Shown in pieces: positions 1-12,107 of a DNA stretch of 60,000 nucleotides. The notes under the pieces are model-generated. The model was given only the letters and a program-made list of their open reading frames with translations, did no database searches and was not told the DNA's origin. The DNA lies in the NCBI GenBank assembly GCA_964187785.1, contig OZ076409.1:31560001-31620000 (forward strand). The letters are read 5' to 3'. How positions within the stretch are numbered: position 1 is the stretch's first letter; each line of letters starts with the position of its first letter. The stretch comes from Amphiscolops sp. MND2022 (taxonomy: Eukaryota). A program made the translations under genes and the position numbers.

Positions 1-899
1 TGCTTACTATAATACGTTTTACGTTGCTTAAATGTTGTATAGACCAAATTGGACAATGTGTTCCGCGAAAGAATACAACATATTTGTTAGCCAATAAGCG
101 TGCAGTTGCAATATTCCAAATTACATAATCCTGTGTCTTTTGTATTGATTGACTGGTTCATGAATTCTAAATATTATGCTTCATTGTCCAAAACTACCAC
201 CCATGATGAGAGCTGTGAACTGTCTTGAACTGCACAAACACGCAAAAAGGAATAACCTTTTAGTTTAATAGAGCTTCAAAGCCTTTCACTGTTTTGTCCG
301 AGTCTCTTCATCAGACAATCATAGTCTTTTTTCCTCATAGTGGTCAGGTGGTCCGCCATTCTAGAACCGAGGGCGAGTCTACTTCAAAAGCTACAAGCAA
401 GGCAGTCTCGCATCCAACAGAAGGACATCGGCACGAACAATTGGCGGGGCTCAATTATTTTATCTTCAGTATCCCCTCGTATTGTCTACAATTACTTCAC
501 TGTTTCTGAAAATTCATTGGATTTTCTAAGACAATTGAAGTCAAAATATTTCAGATGTTTTTGTTTTCAATTATTCTCCTGCATCTTGAATCGGCATGAG
601 TATTGTCTTTTAGCAATTGTTGTAATGGGCTAGTTGGATAGCTTCGGAGATGGCAATAATTTGAATTTGAGACAACTGGACAACATATCTGTCAACGTTT
701 TGTTGTTCTGTCGCTGCTTTTGGGCTGGAAAAACCATCACAACCCGGTAAAATAATTCCATTTATGTTTCATTTTATCAAATCAAGGTTTTGCTTCATGA
801 ACGGATTGCTTCACTGTGGTAATTGTTTTTATTGGGGAGATTGACACACGTTCAAAAGGAGTTTTTCTGCAATTGGTTAGGTATCGAGGTTGAGTTGTG

Positions 900-1065
900 A
901 TGAAACACAAGAAAACTGCAACGCTCTGAAAAGTCTGAACCCCTCAGGGTTGATCGACTGGGTAAATTGTAGTCTTTGCAACGGATGGGTTCATATAAAA
1001 TGCGCCAATTTATCAAAATAGGAGGTTCATAGCCTTGCCGAACTTATATGTTGTAGGTGCTCTTT
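900..1065 (+). pseudogene. PHD-finger coding remnant at the N-terminus of the CRE element
   Basis: Translation IDWVNCSLCNGWVHIKCANLSK*EVHSLAELICCRC matches the PHD WxxCxxCxxWxHxxC...CxxC pattern. Confidence 0.7.
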
Positions 1066-3058
1066 AGCGAAGACTATCCCTCAGTGTCACGATACTTTTG
1101 ACCAGACACCTTTTTTAATTCAAGCGTTCTTCACTTGTAAAGACTTCCTAAAAAGTCACGGATCCCCCAAGCTGAAAACTTGATACCCAAAATTAATGAT
1201 ATTTGTGAAACCCCGTCAACTATTTCCTTGTGGTGTCTATTGCTCTCCTCTCTAAGCTGTTTTTTGGAAAAACCACATGGAGGAGATAAACGTCAGAGGT
1301 CATCACTCAGCGCATTTACAAACAAACGTATTCGGGATGGTGTCGTTGAGACAAACCCGAAACGCGACACAAAACTGAAGCAGAAAAGCGAGTTAGATCA
1401 ACAACTGCGTTCCATTTGCACTTAATTAGACAAAGGTTATGTTAAGGCCGGTATCAGAATGGCAGTAGGGAACGACAAACTTGTAGATTTCACGTCCAAC
1501 AACTACAGTGCCCTTAAGCTGAAACATCCGCAGAAGGAAACTTGCTCTGGACCCCACAGATCTCGGTTGTTTTTCAACCTGAGAGTTTTTTGTCTACAAG
1601 GCTCTCATGTCCTTCCTCAACAGCTCTAGTGCAGGCTCGGATGGCCTTTCGCCCCAACTTTTGAAAGATTTGAATGCCAAGTAGAACGGGCAAAATGGAT
1701 TGAATTTTCTCTGAGCCTCAACAAATCTTGTTAACGTGATTCTCGAAGGAAAATACCTTTCACACTTTGGCCGCACTTCTTTGGTGCGAAACTAATTGCG
1801 CTAAAAAAGCCCGATGGACGACCTTGTCCTATTTTTCTAGGCAATACTTTCTGTTGGTTGTCCGCAAAATGTGCCGTATACCATGTCTTCGAATTACGTC
1901 AAGCGAAATATGGAAGTCGCCAACTAGGTGTTGGGACTAAAAGGGGCGCTGAATTGGCCTCAAATGTTTTCTGTTGATTGATAGAGAGGCCCAGCCCACA
2001 GAAAACGTAGTTTTGAAAATTGACTTTGAAAAGGCTTTCAGTTTGATAAACCGACAATTCATGAATACGATAAAATTCGTGAATATCATGACGATAAAAC
2101 TTTTGAATTACACCCTGAAGTTTATGAGTAGTCGCACTCAGCGTAGAGTCAGCCACGTTTTCTTTTTTTTTCCCGGTGACTCAGTAATCAAACTTTCCGA
2201 AGGTTTCAGCAAGGAGATCCTGAGTCTCCAGTTTTATTTTTGGTTTCCCTTTAAGATCTGCATGACAGTTTGGAGTCAAAAATAAACTTATGGTACCTTG
2301 ACGATGGAAATTTATGTGATGCGACCGTTTTGAAAGGTCTCAAAAAAGTTTGCTGAAGCGGAAAAAAAACTGGGACTCAAAATTAAACCTATGAAATGCT
2401 AGTTCTTTTCCTTGGTGACATAACTAAAAACGACGATCGACAATTTAAGTACCTTTTCAAAAACTTTGTCCCCGGATCAAAACACCAAAAAAAGATGAAT
2501 TTATCAGTCTTGATTCACCGCCCGGCCCAAAATCACCAGACGACTTATTGGAAAAGAAAGTCAATGAACTGGAAAAAGTTATTGTAGTTGTTGAAAAATT
2601 AGATGCGCATTTTGTTTTTTTTTTAAGTTGAAAAATTGCTTCAGTCTGCCAAAGTTGTAGTATTTCCTGAGAACCAGTGCATGTTTTAATCATCCAGTTC
2701 TCTTGGGAAAGTATGACAAAACCGTACGTGACGGGCTTTCTAAAGTGTGTAACGTGGATTTTGACAAAATTTCCAGTACTCAGATGGCTCTGCCCGCTGA
2801 AAAGGATGATCTTGGGGTTTCATCCGCATGATTATTAGCACTTCCCACCTTTCTGACATCAGCTTTTGGTGCGGGACAGAAAGGTTCTGCTGTTCTATAT
2901 CAGAGAAACAGGACCCAACTTGTCTACGTCAAAACCTCCCAGGCTTTGTTTTCTAGAATGGATGACAAACGTTTGAAAGTTGTTCACACTCAACAAGGTA
3001 CATTCGAGTCAAAATGGTTGAACGTCGTTCCTTGCAAACACCTAGGTCTGAAACTTGA
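900..3058 (+). mobile_element. CRE-clade (RLE-type) non-LTR retrotransposon, 5' part: PHD finger plus reverse transcriptase, degraded
   Basis: Frameshifted motifs SSAGSDGLSPQLLKDL, KLIALKKPDGR..GNTF, QLGVGTKRGAE, LKIDFEKAFSLINR, EGFQQGDP, LWYLDDGNL, ALPA..DLGV. The frame continues across two later insertions. Confidence 0.85.
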
Positions 3059-3196
3059 TGTAAAATGTCGCAAACGCTATTATAACAGATCATAAAATGT
3101 AAACATATATTTTTGAAAGTGTCAATCTATTTCAGAGGATCCTTGTATGAAATAAATGTTTTATTCACACTGTTTCTACAAATAGAGGTTTCTATA
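3059..3196 (+). repeat. 5' LTR (138 bp, TGT...TTTCTATA)
   Basis: Direct repeat of 8302-8437; AATAAA at 3151-3156. Confidence 0.9.
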
Positions 3197-3206
3197 TGAT
3201 CCTCTG
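3197..3206 (+). promoter_or_regulatory. Primer-binding-site position, complementary to the LTR itself (putative self-priming PBS)
   Basis: TGATCCTCTG directly follows the 5' LTR. Its reverse complement CAGAGGATCA is in the 3' LTR (8374-8383) and, with 1 mismatch, in the 5' LTR (3133-3142). Confidence 0.65.
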
Positions 3207-3459
3207 TTCTCAGTAAATGGACGAGCAACTCCTGCAGTCTACAAGATCCTGCAAACATGGAACATCCAGCCATTTCCCGTTAGTTCGTTCCTTTGCATCT
3301 TATTCCTAAGAAAGCCTGAACTGGATCGGAAGTACAATTGTATCGCTCATGAATATATATCACCTTGTAGTATCACAGGTCGTTTGCTTCAAACGTATTT
3401 TTTTTATCTGTCCTTAAAGTGTCACGTATCGTGTACTTCAAACCCGTTCCTGTATCTAC

Positions 3460-4330
3460 CTTGGTAGCATCACGTACCGTGTCCTCAAAGCAGCTCAAGC
3501 CATCGCACTTTTCACGGTGCATGGGTATTCTCATGCCCCGGCGGCTGTCAACAGGCCAAACCCGACAAATTGTCTCGCCCAAAAGTGTCTAAAGAAAGCA
3601 CGAGTGGCGACTGGAGTACTTCACCACCAGGTGGGACGCCTACAAGACAGCCACACGCATAGCCGATCACAATGCCACCTTACTGCTCCTCGAATGTTGT
3701 GAAGATATTTTACGCAAGGACCTCTACCGCTCCAACTCAAACATAGCCATGGCAACCGAAATAGATGCCCTGGCAGCATTCAAGTCTTTAGCCGTGAAGA
3801 CTGAGAACGCCATGGTGAGTAAGATGACTCTCTTGACAATGACACAGGACAGAGAGGAGGGTGTTAGGAGGTCAAGCTAAAGTCATCAAATTCTCGAAAA
3901 CTGCTCTTACAACCCATTTGAAGCAGCCAATTACACCGACGACATGGTCCGCGACGCTTTCAATGGAGGACTTGTCACAGCGACATCCCGAAAAATGTAC
4001 TGGGACATAACGACCATGACATGACCCTGGAGGACACGATCAAATTTATAGAGTCCAAAGAAGCTGGTAAACGATCACAAGCAACTCTCCAGAACCCGAG
4101 TGCTGCAACAGTATCCTCGTATAAACAGGCGGACGAAGACCAACACGTAGTCAAATGCCGAAACTGTGGAAAACCCGGCCATGGGGATGGCTGCGATACA
4201 CAGGCTAGGAAGGAGAAGTGCAAGGCCTGGGACAAAAATTTTTCAAAGAGTGACAAAAAGATCCACTTCGCCAACGTCTGTAGGTGTAAACCCAAAAAGA
4301 TCGGTGGAAACACAACGAAGGATATGGATG
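3460..4330 (+). pseudogene. gag: gag, frameshifted
   Basis: KLSRPKV..DW.YFTTRWDAYK, VRDA..GGL, MTLEDTIKFIESKEAG, and zinc knuckles CRNCGKPGH..C and C.AW....K..HFANVC. Confidence 0.8.
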
Positions 4331-7300
4331 AATCCAATACTGTCTTTTACAAAATGTGCAACATCTCTGTAGCCTGCACGGTCATCTCTCATAAAACCGG
4401 TCAACGGGCGGTCGTCCTTGACCGCCTCGTTTTCGACGAGAAGAACAGCTGGATCACAAGACGGTCGCCGCCACAACCGGCAGTTTTTCTCACCGCCCGC
4501 GCTCACACAAAAGACTATAAGGAGCTGGCGTGATGCCTTCACACAAGGACACGCTAGATTACGAAAGGTATGACGGCTGATACTGGTTCTAAATCTGTTT
4601 TAGTTGGGATCAAATTCATCTACAGACTGAGTTTCAAAAAACTGGACCTCATACCCGTGAAAACAAAAATGTCGGTGGCGTCATCCCAATTATAGGGGCT
4701 GTTATTGTACGACTGTCTAGAAAATTAGGGTCTGACAGAGTAATAGAGACAGCACAAATAGGCTATGTGACCGACGTGATAGAAGGTGCATACTTGAGTC
4801 GGGAAGCCTGTACAACACTGGGGATCATCCCGAGCAACTTCCCGCGAATCGGATCAGCCACTCAGCAACCCATGTCAGTCAGTTCAGCTGCAGCAAGCCC
4901 ACGCGAGGAGGAATGCGACTGCTCCTGCCCCATACGAACTAAGCCGCCACCATTACCAACTGCACTACCATTCCCAGCAACTGACGCCAACCGGGCCGCT
5001 CTCCAGAATTGGATACTAGACAGATACCGATCCCGCACTTTCAACACTTGCGAATGCCAAACACACCCTCTGATGGAAGGCCAGCTGTTGGAATTCCACG
5101 TCGACTACGATGACAAGCTGATCGCAGTCCACAAACCCATTCCAGTCCCTCTACACTGGCAAAAGGTGACAGAAGTGAAGGAGTCTATCGACAGAGATAT
5201 CAAACTCGGGATTCTGGAGGCTGTCCCAGTTGAAGAACCAGTTGCCTGGTGCCATCGAATGGAAGAAAAACGGCAAGCCACGACGCACAGTGGACTTGCA
5301 GGGGTGCTCAATGAACATGCTGTCCGTGAAACACATCACACCCAATCCCCGTTTCACCAGGCAACGCTGGTACATTCAGGGACCAAGAAACGATTACCGA
5401 AGCTTGTATAGGGTATCACAGTGTGCCAATCCGAGAAGAAGATCGCCACCTCACCACGTTCATCACGCCAGGGTGTCGGTACCGATACAAAACTTGTCCA
5501 CAGGGCTACGCTGCTTCACAGGACGGACACAACAGAAGTTTTGACGAGATTGTCAATGACTTCCCCAACAAATGCATCGATGCCACATGCTTATGGGCAG
5601 ACACTTTCGAGGAGAACTTCTTTCAAACATGTTGCTGACTAGACATTTGCGGTCGACGTGGAATTGTTCAGAATCCCAAAAAGTTTGTATTTGGCTCCGA
5701 CGCGGTGGAATTTGCTGTTTCGTCATCTCTCCGACCGATCCGATATCCAGCCCAGTGACAAACGTATCCACGCAATCTGTGACTTTCCTACACCACAAAA
5801 CATCACTGACATCTGATCTTGTTTTGGCCTTATCAACAAAGTATCGTACTGCGACTCAGTCCGCAACGACATGGCGCCTTTCGGCGATTATCTCAAGCCG
5901 TCGTCAAAGTTCTATTCCGATGATCAGCTGCAACAAGTTTTTGAGCAATCCAAGGCTGCTATACTGAACAAAATCATCGAGGTTATCGGATATTCGACGC
6001 CGGCAAACGTGTCACATGTCTCGCCACAGATTAGTCCAAGAAAATCATCTGTTTCTGGTTCTTGCAGAAGTACTGCACCTGTGAGGTCATCACTCCTATC
6101 GGTTGCTCAACGGGATAGAAAATAGTGTTCGCTGGTAGCAGGTTCACACGTCCGGCAGAATCAAGACATGCTCCTTTTGAAGGGGAAGCATTGGCTGTGG
6201 TTCATGGATTGAAGTCCACCCGTCACTTCGTACTCGGTTGCGACAACGTAGTGGTAGCTACTGACTACAAACTGCTACTCGGGGTTCTCAACAACCGACA
6301 CCTCGGCGGTATCAAGAATGAAAGACTGCTGTCACTCAAGGAGAAGAAGCTGCCATACCGTTTTTCTATAATCCATCTACCCGGACAGAAACAAAAGGCA
6401 CCAGATGCAAACTCGAGGAAACCCACTGTTGATGCAAAAAAACTTCGCTTGGATAGTGATTTCGAGGAGTCAGACTCCATCACTTGTATTGAAAAGCGGC
6501 TCCGCCTTCCTGAGAGCACCAAGACGTGGGAACCCGACACATAAATTGATCTGGAAGAAAAGCTTGCCGTCGCTGCGGCCACCAATCTCGGCGACATTCG
6601 TGTCGTTACCTGGGCCGAGGTCCGAGAACACACCCTACGCGATGACAATCTACAAAATCTCCAAACAAAGATCGAAGACGATTTCCAGGGCATTACCTCA
6701 CGATTGGATCCTGCCCCGAGTATATGAGAGTTTTTTCACTTCATGGATGGACTCAGCACTGTAGATGGAGTGATTCTATACAACAACAGGACTGTTATCC
6801 CACCACCACTTAGAGCATTTATCATAAACACACTGCATTCTGCTCATCAAGGTGTCCCCTTCATGAGTTTCAGGGCTGAATCTAGCGTCTTTTGGCCGGG
6901 CATTGCGCCGGCTATTGCAAACTTGAGAACCCGGTGCCGGACATGCAACGAGCGTGCGCCCAGTCAACTACATGGCCCTCCGCTCACCGCTCAGGAACCA
7001 GTTTAACCCTTCCAGTGCATCTGTGCGGATTACTTCAAATACCAGGGCTGCAATTACATGGTGATTGTAGAGCGCTACTCTGGTAGGCCAATTGTGCAGC
7101 AATCACGAGATGGTTCTTGTAAATTGCCTTCGCGAAATTTTGGTCGCATACGGCGTTGCAGACGAACTATCGCCAGATGGCGGACCTGAATTCACGGCCG
7201 AGGAGACACAACAACTGTTGTCAAACTGGGGTGTCCATCACCGCCTCCCATCTGTTGCGCTTACCCATTCAAACGGTCGCGCCAAGCTCGGGGTCAACAC

Positions 7301-7770
7301 CTGCAAGCGCATGCTCATGGACAACACTGGCCCGAACGGCTAGATCAACCTCGACAAAGTTCAAAGAGGCATGCGTCAATACCGCAACACCCCTGACCGC
7401 GATACCGGTTTGTCCCCAGCACAAATGATCTTTGGACGACCCATAAAGGACTTCATTCCCCTTCTTCCCGGTTCATACAGACCTTGCAACACCTGGATAG
7501 AAACATCACGGGCGAGGGAAAAAGCAATGCGTGCTAGAAATGTCAGAAATGCTGAACGCCTCACCGAACACACGGTACAGTTACAACCCCTTAAAGTTGA
7601 CGACCGGGTCCTTATCCAGAACCAGACAGGTAACCATCCACTGTTATGGGATCGATTCGGCTTGGTGATCGAGGCGAAACAGTTCGACCAGTACGCCGTC
7701 AGAGTTGATGGATCGGCCAGAGTTACTCTCCGGAATCAAAAATGTCTACGGAATTTTGACAAGATCGTTG
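4330..7770 (+). pseudogene. pol: pol (aspartic protease, RT, RNase H, integrase), frameshifted
   Basis: ADTG (~4576); WCHRM..KKNGKPRRTVDL; LTTFITP.CRYRYKTCPQG; AGSRF..EGEALAV..TDYK; LHSAHQG..CRTC; DGGPEF; SNGRAK; YRNTPDRDTGLSPAQ. Confidence 0.9.
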
Positions 7771-8285
7771 TGGACCACATACTTGGTACTACCCGCACCA
7801 TCCAACCTTTGAAAACTCACAACAACGCTGAGAACCTGTCTCCGGTGAATCAACGAACCAACCCAGAACAGGCAAAAGATCCACCCACAGCAAAGCCGCA
7901 AACACCACAACCGGAAACAAAGCGTCAAGTTCTGACCGGTGCACAGTTTACACAACGCCCCCCAGAAACACATTGGCAGTTACAATTAAAGCCCCATGGA
8001 AGTTCAACTGCCCTCCAAATGAGTCCCGCGATGATTAGAACGAGCCTTTGCTGGACAAAGATATCCTGACCAACATCCTTTCTGCTGGATCACCCGACAA
8101 GATGTCCAAATGTTGTGACAAACTTAATGAAACCGAGTCACCCAACGAATCACCCCTAGCAAAGACACGGATAACCCATGGACTCACCCCCAGACTTTCC
8201 CAGAGAGAAAAACGTCCCCGTGTGAGACTGGGGGACTACATTGGATTCTGACAGTCCTCCCTGATCTAATACGACCAGATCGGAC

Positions 8286-8301
8286 TGGAGGGGGAGGGAG
8301 A
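8286..8301 (+). promoter_or_regulatory. Polypurine tract
   Basis: GGAGGGGGAGGGAGA immediately before the TG of the 3' LTR. Confidence 0.85.
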
Positions 8302-8437
8302 TGTGCAATGTCGCAAACTCTTTTATAACAGATCATAAAGTTTCTAGATATTTTTTAAAAGTGTCATTTTTTTCAGAGGATCATTGTATGAAATGAATGT
8401 TTTTTTGGATCTGTTTCTGCAGATAGAGGTTTCTATA
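8302..8437 (+). repeat. 3' LTR (136 bp)
   Basis: Diverged copy of 3059-3196, followed by TSD CTTGA. Confidence 0.9.
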
Positions 8438-8442
8438 CTTGA

Positions 8443-8691
8443 TGAACAGCAGCTTCGAATTTCAATTGGTTTACGTCTCGGAGCCAACATATGTGTAGCG
8501 CATACGTGCCACTGTGGTTAAAGAGTTGAACGGGACGGTTTACATGGTCTTTCCTGCACCAAGAGTGCTGTTCGCTTCTCTTGCTAACGTCATGCTACTC
8601 TCAATTCTTTCATAAAGCAGACGTTGGGATCTCCGACTTGCCGTCAATGCTCGAACCGCGTGGACTGTTGCGAACTGATGGCAAACGCCAT
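8443..8691 (+). mobile_element. CRE element, middle piece (zinc knuckle and start of the RLE domain)
   Basis: LRLGANICVAHTCHCG*RVERDGLHGLSC..RHATLN..PSMLEPRGLLRTDGKR. Confidence 0.88.
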
Positions 8692-8970
8692 GGCGGGCGG
8701 GAATAACGTCCAAGGAATAACGTCTAAATTCAAAACGTGAATAACGTCTAAATTTGAATCATTTTCCAGGAATAACGTCTAAAGTTTTAGACGTTATTCC
8801 CGTTTTTTAAGGACGTCATTCCTGTTTTTTTTTAGATGTTAGATGTCCCGGATGTGAAAACTTCAAAAAATTGATTTTTAAAACTATCGGAGTGGAAAAC
8901 TGACTTTTTAAAGGCTACATGGCAGAATTCCAAACAAAAACAGACTTGTTGAAAGCAAAAACGTCATAAA

Positions 8971-9501
8971 GTGAGGCATATGCTGTGTATGTACGCTCGC
9001 CCTCACCGTGGCAAAGACCAGCTCCCAATACGATCGCTTCGCAATCTCCGTTTCCGATGGGCATTTGCTCGGGGAAACGGAAATCGGACTAAAGAAATAG
9101 AACTAATGGAATTAGGACTAACATGCTCAAAATTTCTGAAACGTTCATGTGAAAAAGAACTATTTTCGTGTTTTCTCAAACAGGAATTAGAACTAATTCG
9201 TTACGGGAATTGGTACTAAAAAATGGAATAAGACATTAAATGCGGAAAGAGACCCAAGGGGAGAACGGAATAGTGTCGAATGGAATAATATATAACGTTT
9301 TTCAATGTATAAAACGTGCCTCTGATATTTCTTTATTTCTTCTAGTGCACCGCGTCACTTGGGGCCGCTTATATTCCCATCTTGCTAAGCGAGGTCGAAC
9401 AGGAGCAAAGAGCTATTGGGAACGGAGATCGCGAAGCGATCGTAGTGGGAGCTGGTCTTTGCGACGGTGAGGGCGAGCGTGCATACACTGAATATGCCCC
9501 A
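8971..9501. repeat. ~100-bp inverted repeat pair (8971-9070 / 9402-9501)
   Basis: GTACGCTCGCCCTCACCGTGGCAAAGACCAGCTCCC versus GGGAGCTGGTCTTTGCGACGGTGAGGGCGAGCGTGC. Confidence 0.8.
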
Positions 9502-9697
9502 CAGAAGGGGAAGTACTGAAAAGTTTGTGAGACATTTACGAAAGGTAAACTATTATTCTTGAATGAAATGATTCGAGATCCGACTACTTTATAAAATGAA
9601 TGGGAGGAAAAACTAATGATTGTATCAATTTTATTTTGATCAATTGTATTACGTTACTTTTGAACTACTTTCATGTTCCACGTTTCCAATTGGGTCA

Positions 9698-10041
9698 GGG
9701 GCATTTCGTCACCAGCCGTTTGGGCGACAATATGGCGTCGGTCACATGGGCGACACAAGGGTCGACCAAATGGGTTGATCAAACTGATCAATTGACTGAT
9801 ATATTTGAAGAGGTTAGCGTATTTGTTGTATGGCTCGGTCGCTTCGCTCCCTTCGCCAAGTAGCAACATTGAGGTATGGCCATATGACACGTCGCTCCAC
9901 TTCGCTTCGCTCCTGCATTAAGGGTACTAGGGGTATGTGACCATATTTGGCCATTTAGTCTACGGGACATTTGGGCGACAATATTGTCGCCGAAATGGGC
10001 TGAAATTTTTGTCGCCCAAATGGCTGGTGAGGAAACGTCCC
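9698..10041. mobile_element. MITE-like element with ~33-bp TIRs and TTTGGGCGAC subrepeats
   Basis: GGGGCATTTCGTCACCAGCCGTTTGGGCGAC ... GTCGCCCAAATGGCTGGTGAGGAAACGTCCC. Confidence 0.7.
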
Positions 10042-10249
10042 TTCCAATTTGCATTTTGTACCATGTTTTTATCAGCTTCTGCGTTTTTTTGTTGCACTAC
10101 TTTTATGTTCGATGTTCACAATTGAAGATGTCGTGATTTTGTCGATTTGATATGCGTAATTGCAAATTTTGCGTGCCAAAAGTTGTTTTAGTCGTTTTTC
10201 AATAGTCTTTTTTCCATTAGTTCTAAGGCGGCACTTAAAAATATTTAAT

Positions 10250-11200
10250 TCTATTTCCATTAGTCCTATTTGGGGTCTGAAGCACGCGACGCTCATAAAG
10301 CTCTACAAAACATTACTACTTGCACAAATGCTTTACGCTGCCCCAGTTTGGGCAAGAAAACTTCTGCAGGGACTCAACAAACTACAGCACAAAGCTCTGA
10401 AGCTGATTCTGGGAACGGAGACAAAATTCAACTAACTGGCTGCTGAAATTCTTTGCGGAATACCACCAATGCTGATCCAAACAGATGTCATCAGTATCAA
10501 GTTTGGGATTAAACTTTCCATGTGTAACGACTCCCTGCATCAGAGATACCTAAATAGCCAACTGCCAGAAATAGGCACCAACAGGAACTTGGTGGATCTG
10601 TTTTATAGAATTACAGGCACAACTGGAACATATACCAAGTCCACATGTCTCTCGTACGTCAAGAAAAGATGGAACAACATCTTTAGAAGCCCTCTTACGA
10701 GCACACCCTTTAGACCTCTTCATCAACGAAGTCGAGTTGGACGGGATAACGTTCCCCAAACACGTAAACAGGAGACTGGAACTTACAATAAACAAGCTAC
10801 TACTGAATTGTAACGTGGAACTAGTAGAATATGCCTATAACATCTGGAGAGCTGATTCCCCGCTCTGCCAGTGTAGAAAAGACACCGAATCTGTCGCCCA
10901 CTATCTGTTCTTCTGTCCCCTATTTGAACACTACCGCTCACCCCACCTCGCAGAGACTAGAATCGTCTCCTTAGACTGGATCGCGACTCTGATAAACTTT
11001 ATCATGGACTCTGGACGTTTCGACTATAAAACTGAAAGAATTCGCCACTATTAAACTACACCTTGAAACATTACTGTGATGGAGCAAACTCCAAGAATTG
11101 AACTTCACTTTTACTTTACTAAACTGTGATCTACTGAAATAAAGGTGCTCAACTCATAATGCCAGATTAGCCCGCAATAAATGGGTATCTTGGATTTTAT
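10250..11200 (+). mobile_element. 5'-truncated LINE 3' end (post-RT region plus C-terminal CCHC knuckle; I/Jockey-group-like)
   Basis: WGLKHATLIKLYKTLLLAQMLYAAPVW; SPLCQCRKDTESVAHYLFFCPLF; AATAAA at ~11139 and ~11176. Confidence 0.75.
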
Positions 11201-11208
11201 ATTTATTT

Positions 11209-11314
11209 TCTCAAGACAAGATCTAGCTAGCAGTCAAGCGCCTTAACCCTTAGACCAAATGGCTTTTTTATCTCACCAATCATTCGACTTATCACTATTA
11301 ACGCTGTTGTTATA
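11209..11314 (-). repeat. tRNA-containing foldback repeat, truncated copy
   Basis: 5' half of the unit at 11575-11741. Confidence 0.75.
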
Positions 11315-11574
11315 ATAGATTTTTTGAGCGCTAACGAGAGTGACTTCAGAGTGACTTCACGACGAAGACGGTTTTTTTCTCTTTCTTTTTCATTTTTCCC
11401 TCTATCAGATATCATTAATCTTCGTCATCAATCAACTGCCATGTGTATCATCATGTTGGGGGGAGAAGACACACACCCGTGCTCTGCAACGAAAGTAGGG
11501 AACCCCATACCAGCCACTATACCAGTAACAAAAAAAAACAACCAACATACTACTCAAACCAGCCACTATGGAGT

Positions 11575-11741
11575 TATAACAACCCAAGCTCGACGTGATT
11601 GTGAGAAAATAGCCATTACAGGACTCGAACCTGCATCTCAAGACAGATCTAGCTAGCAGTCAAGCGCCTTAACCCTTAGACCAAATGGCTTATTTAATCT
11701 CACCAATCATTCGACTAATCACTAACAACGCTGTTGTTGTA
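11575..11741 (-). mobile_element. ~167-bp foldback element with TATAACAAC termini and a tRNA-Ser-like core
   Basis: Termini TATAACAAC/GTTGTT(A/G)TA; long imperfect stem around an 80-nt cloverleaf. Confidence 0.75.
11611..11690 (-). pseudogene. tRNA-Ser(GCT)-like sequence
   Basis: Acceptor AGCCATT/AATGGCT, D arm GTCT-AAGGGTTA-AGGC, loop CTGCTAG, long variable arm, T arm GCAGG-TTCGAGT-CCTGT. The anticodon stem pairs poorly. Confidence 0.7.
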
Positions 11742-11832
11742 TTATCCCCTTCTAACTGAAGCTGATGCCACACAGCTCCCAGTTGAACACAACACAACAG
11801 GGGATTCAAGCCACTTATGTAATGGCTACCAG

Positions 11833-11998
11833 TATAACAACCCAAGCTCGACTTGATTGTGAGAAAATATCCATTACAGGATTCGAACCTGCATCTCAAG
11901 ACAGATCTAGCTAGCAGTCAAGCGCCCTAATTCTTAGACCAAATGGCTTATTCAATCTCACAATCATTCGACTTATCACTAACAACGCCGTTGTTATA
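11833..11998 (-). mobile_element. Second full copy of the tRNA-containing foldback element
   Basis: Similar to 11575-11741; termini TATAACAAC...GTTGTTATA. Confidence 0.75.
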
Positions 11999-12107
11999 GA
12001 GTCGACCGGTAGAATTTTTTTTAAAGCTGCTATGATCTAAAGGTAAAAAATAGGCTATATGTAATAAATTTCTTCGAACGCATCTCTGTCGCTCACAGTT
12101 GCTAGAA

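Larger units (their letters stand above)
3059..8437 (+). mobile_element. Full-length but decayed Ty3/Gypsy LTR retrotransposon (Mag-like gag)
   Basis: Two similar ~137-bp LTRs, 5-bp TSD CTTGA (3054-3058, 8438-8442), PPT, and domain order gag-PR-RT-RH-IN. Removing it restores the host frame GLKLDEQQLRISIGLRLG. Confidence 0.95.
11360..12107 (-). mobile_element. Second, inverted 3'-end fragment of the same CRE family, interrupted by tRNA-foldback repeats
   Basis: 12001-12107 is the reverse complement of ~13068-13176; 11395-11526 is the reverse complement of ~13175-13305. Confidence 0.8.

Noticed and set aside
1..880. Short ORFs at 294-633 and a possible 5' ribozyme of the CRE element
   Set aside because: No recognisable protein motif, and I could not fold a convincing HDV-like structure by eye.
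8699..8830. GGAATAACGTCTAA repeats as a CRISPR array
   Set aside because: Repeats are short, irregularly spaced and in both orientations, there are no cas genes, and the context is eukaryotic; they fit transposon subterminal repeats.
11611..11690. Functional tRNA-Ser gene
   Set aside because: The anticodon stem pairs poorly and the copies sit in diverging repeat units.
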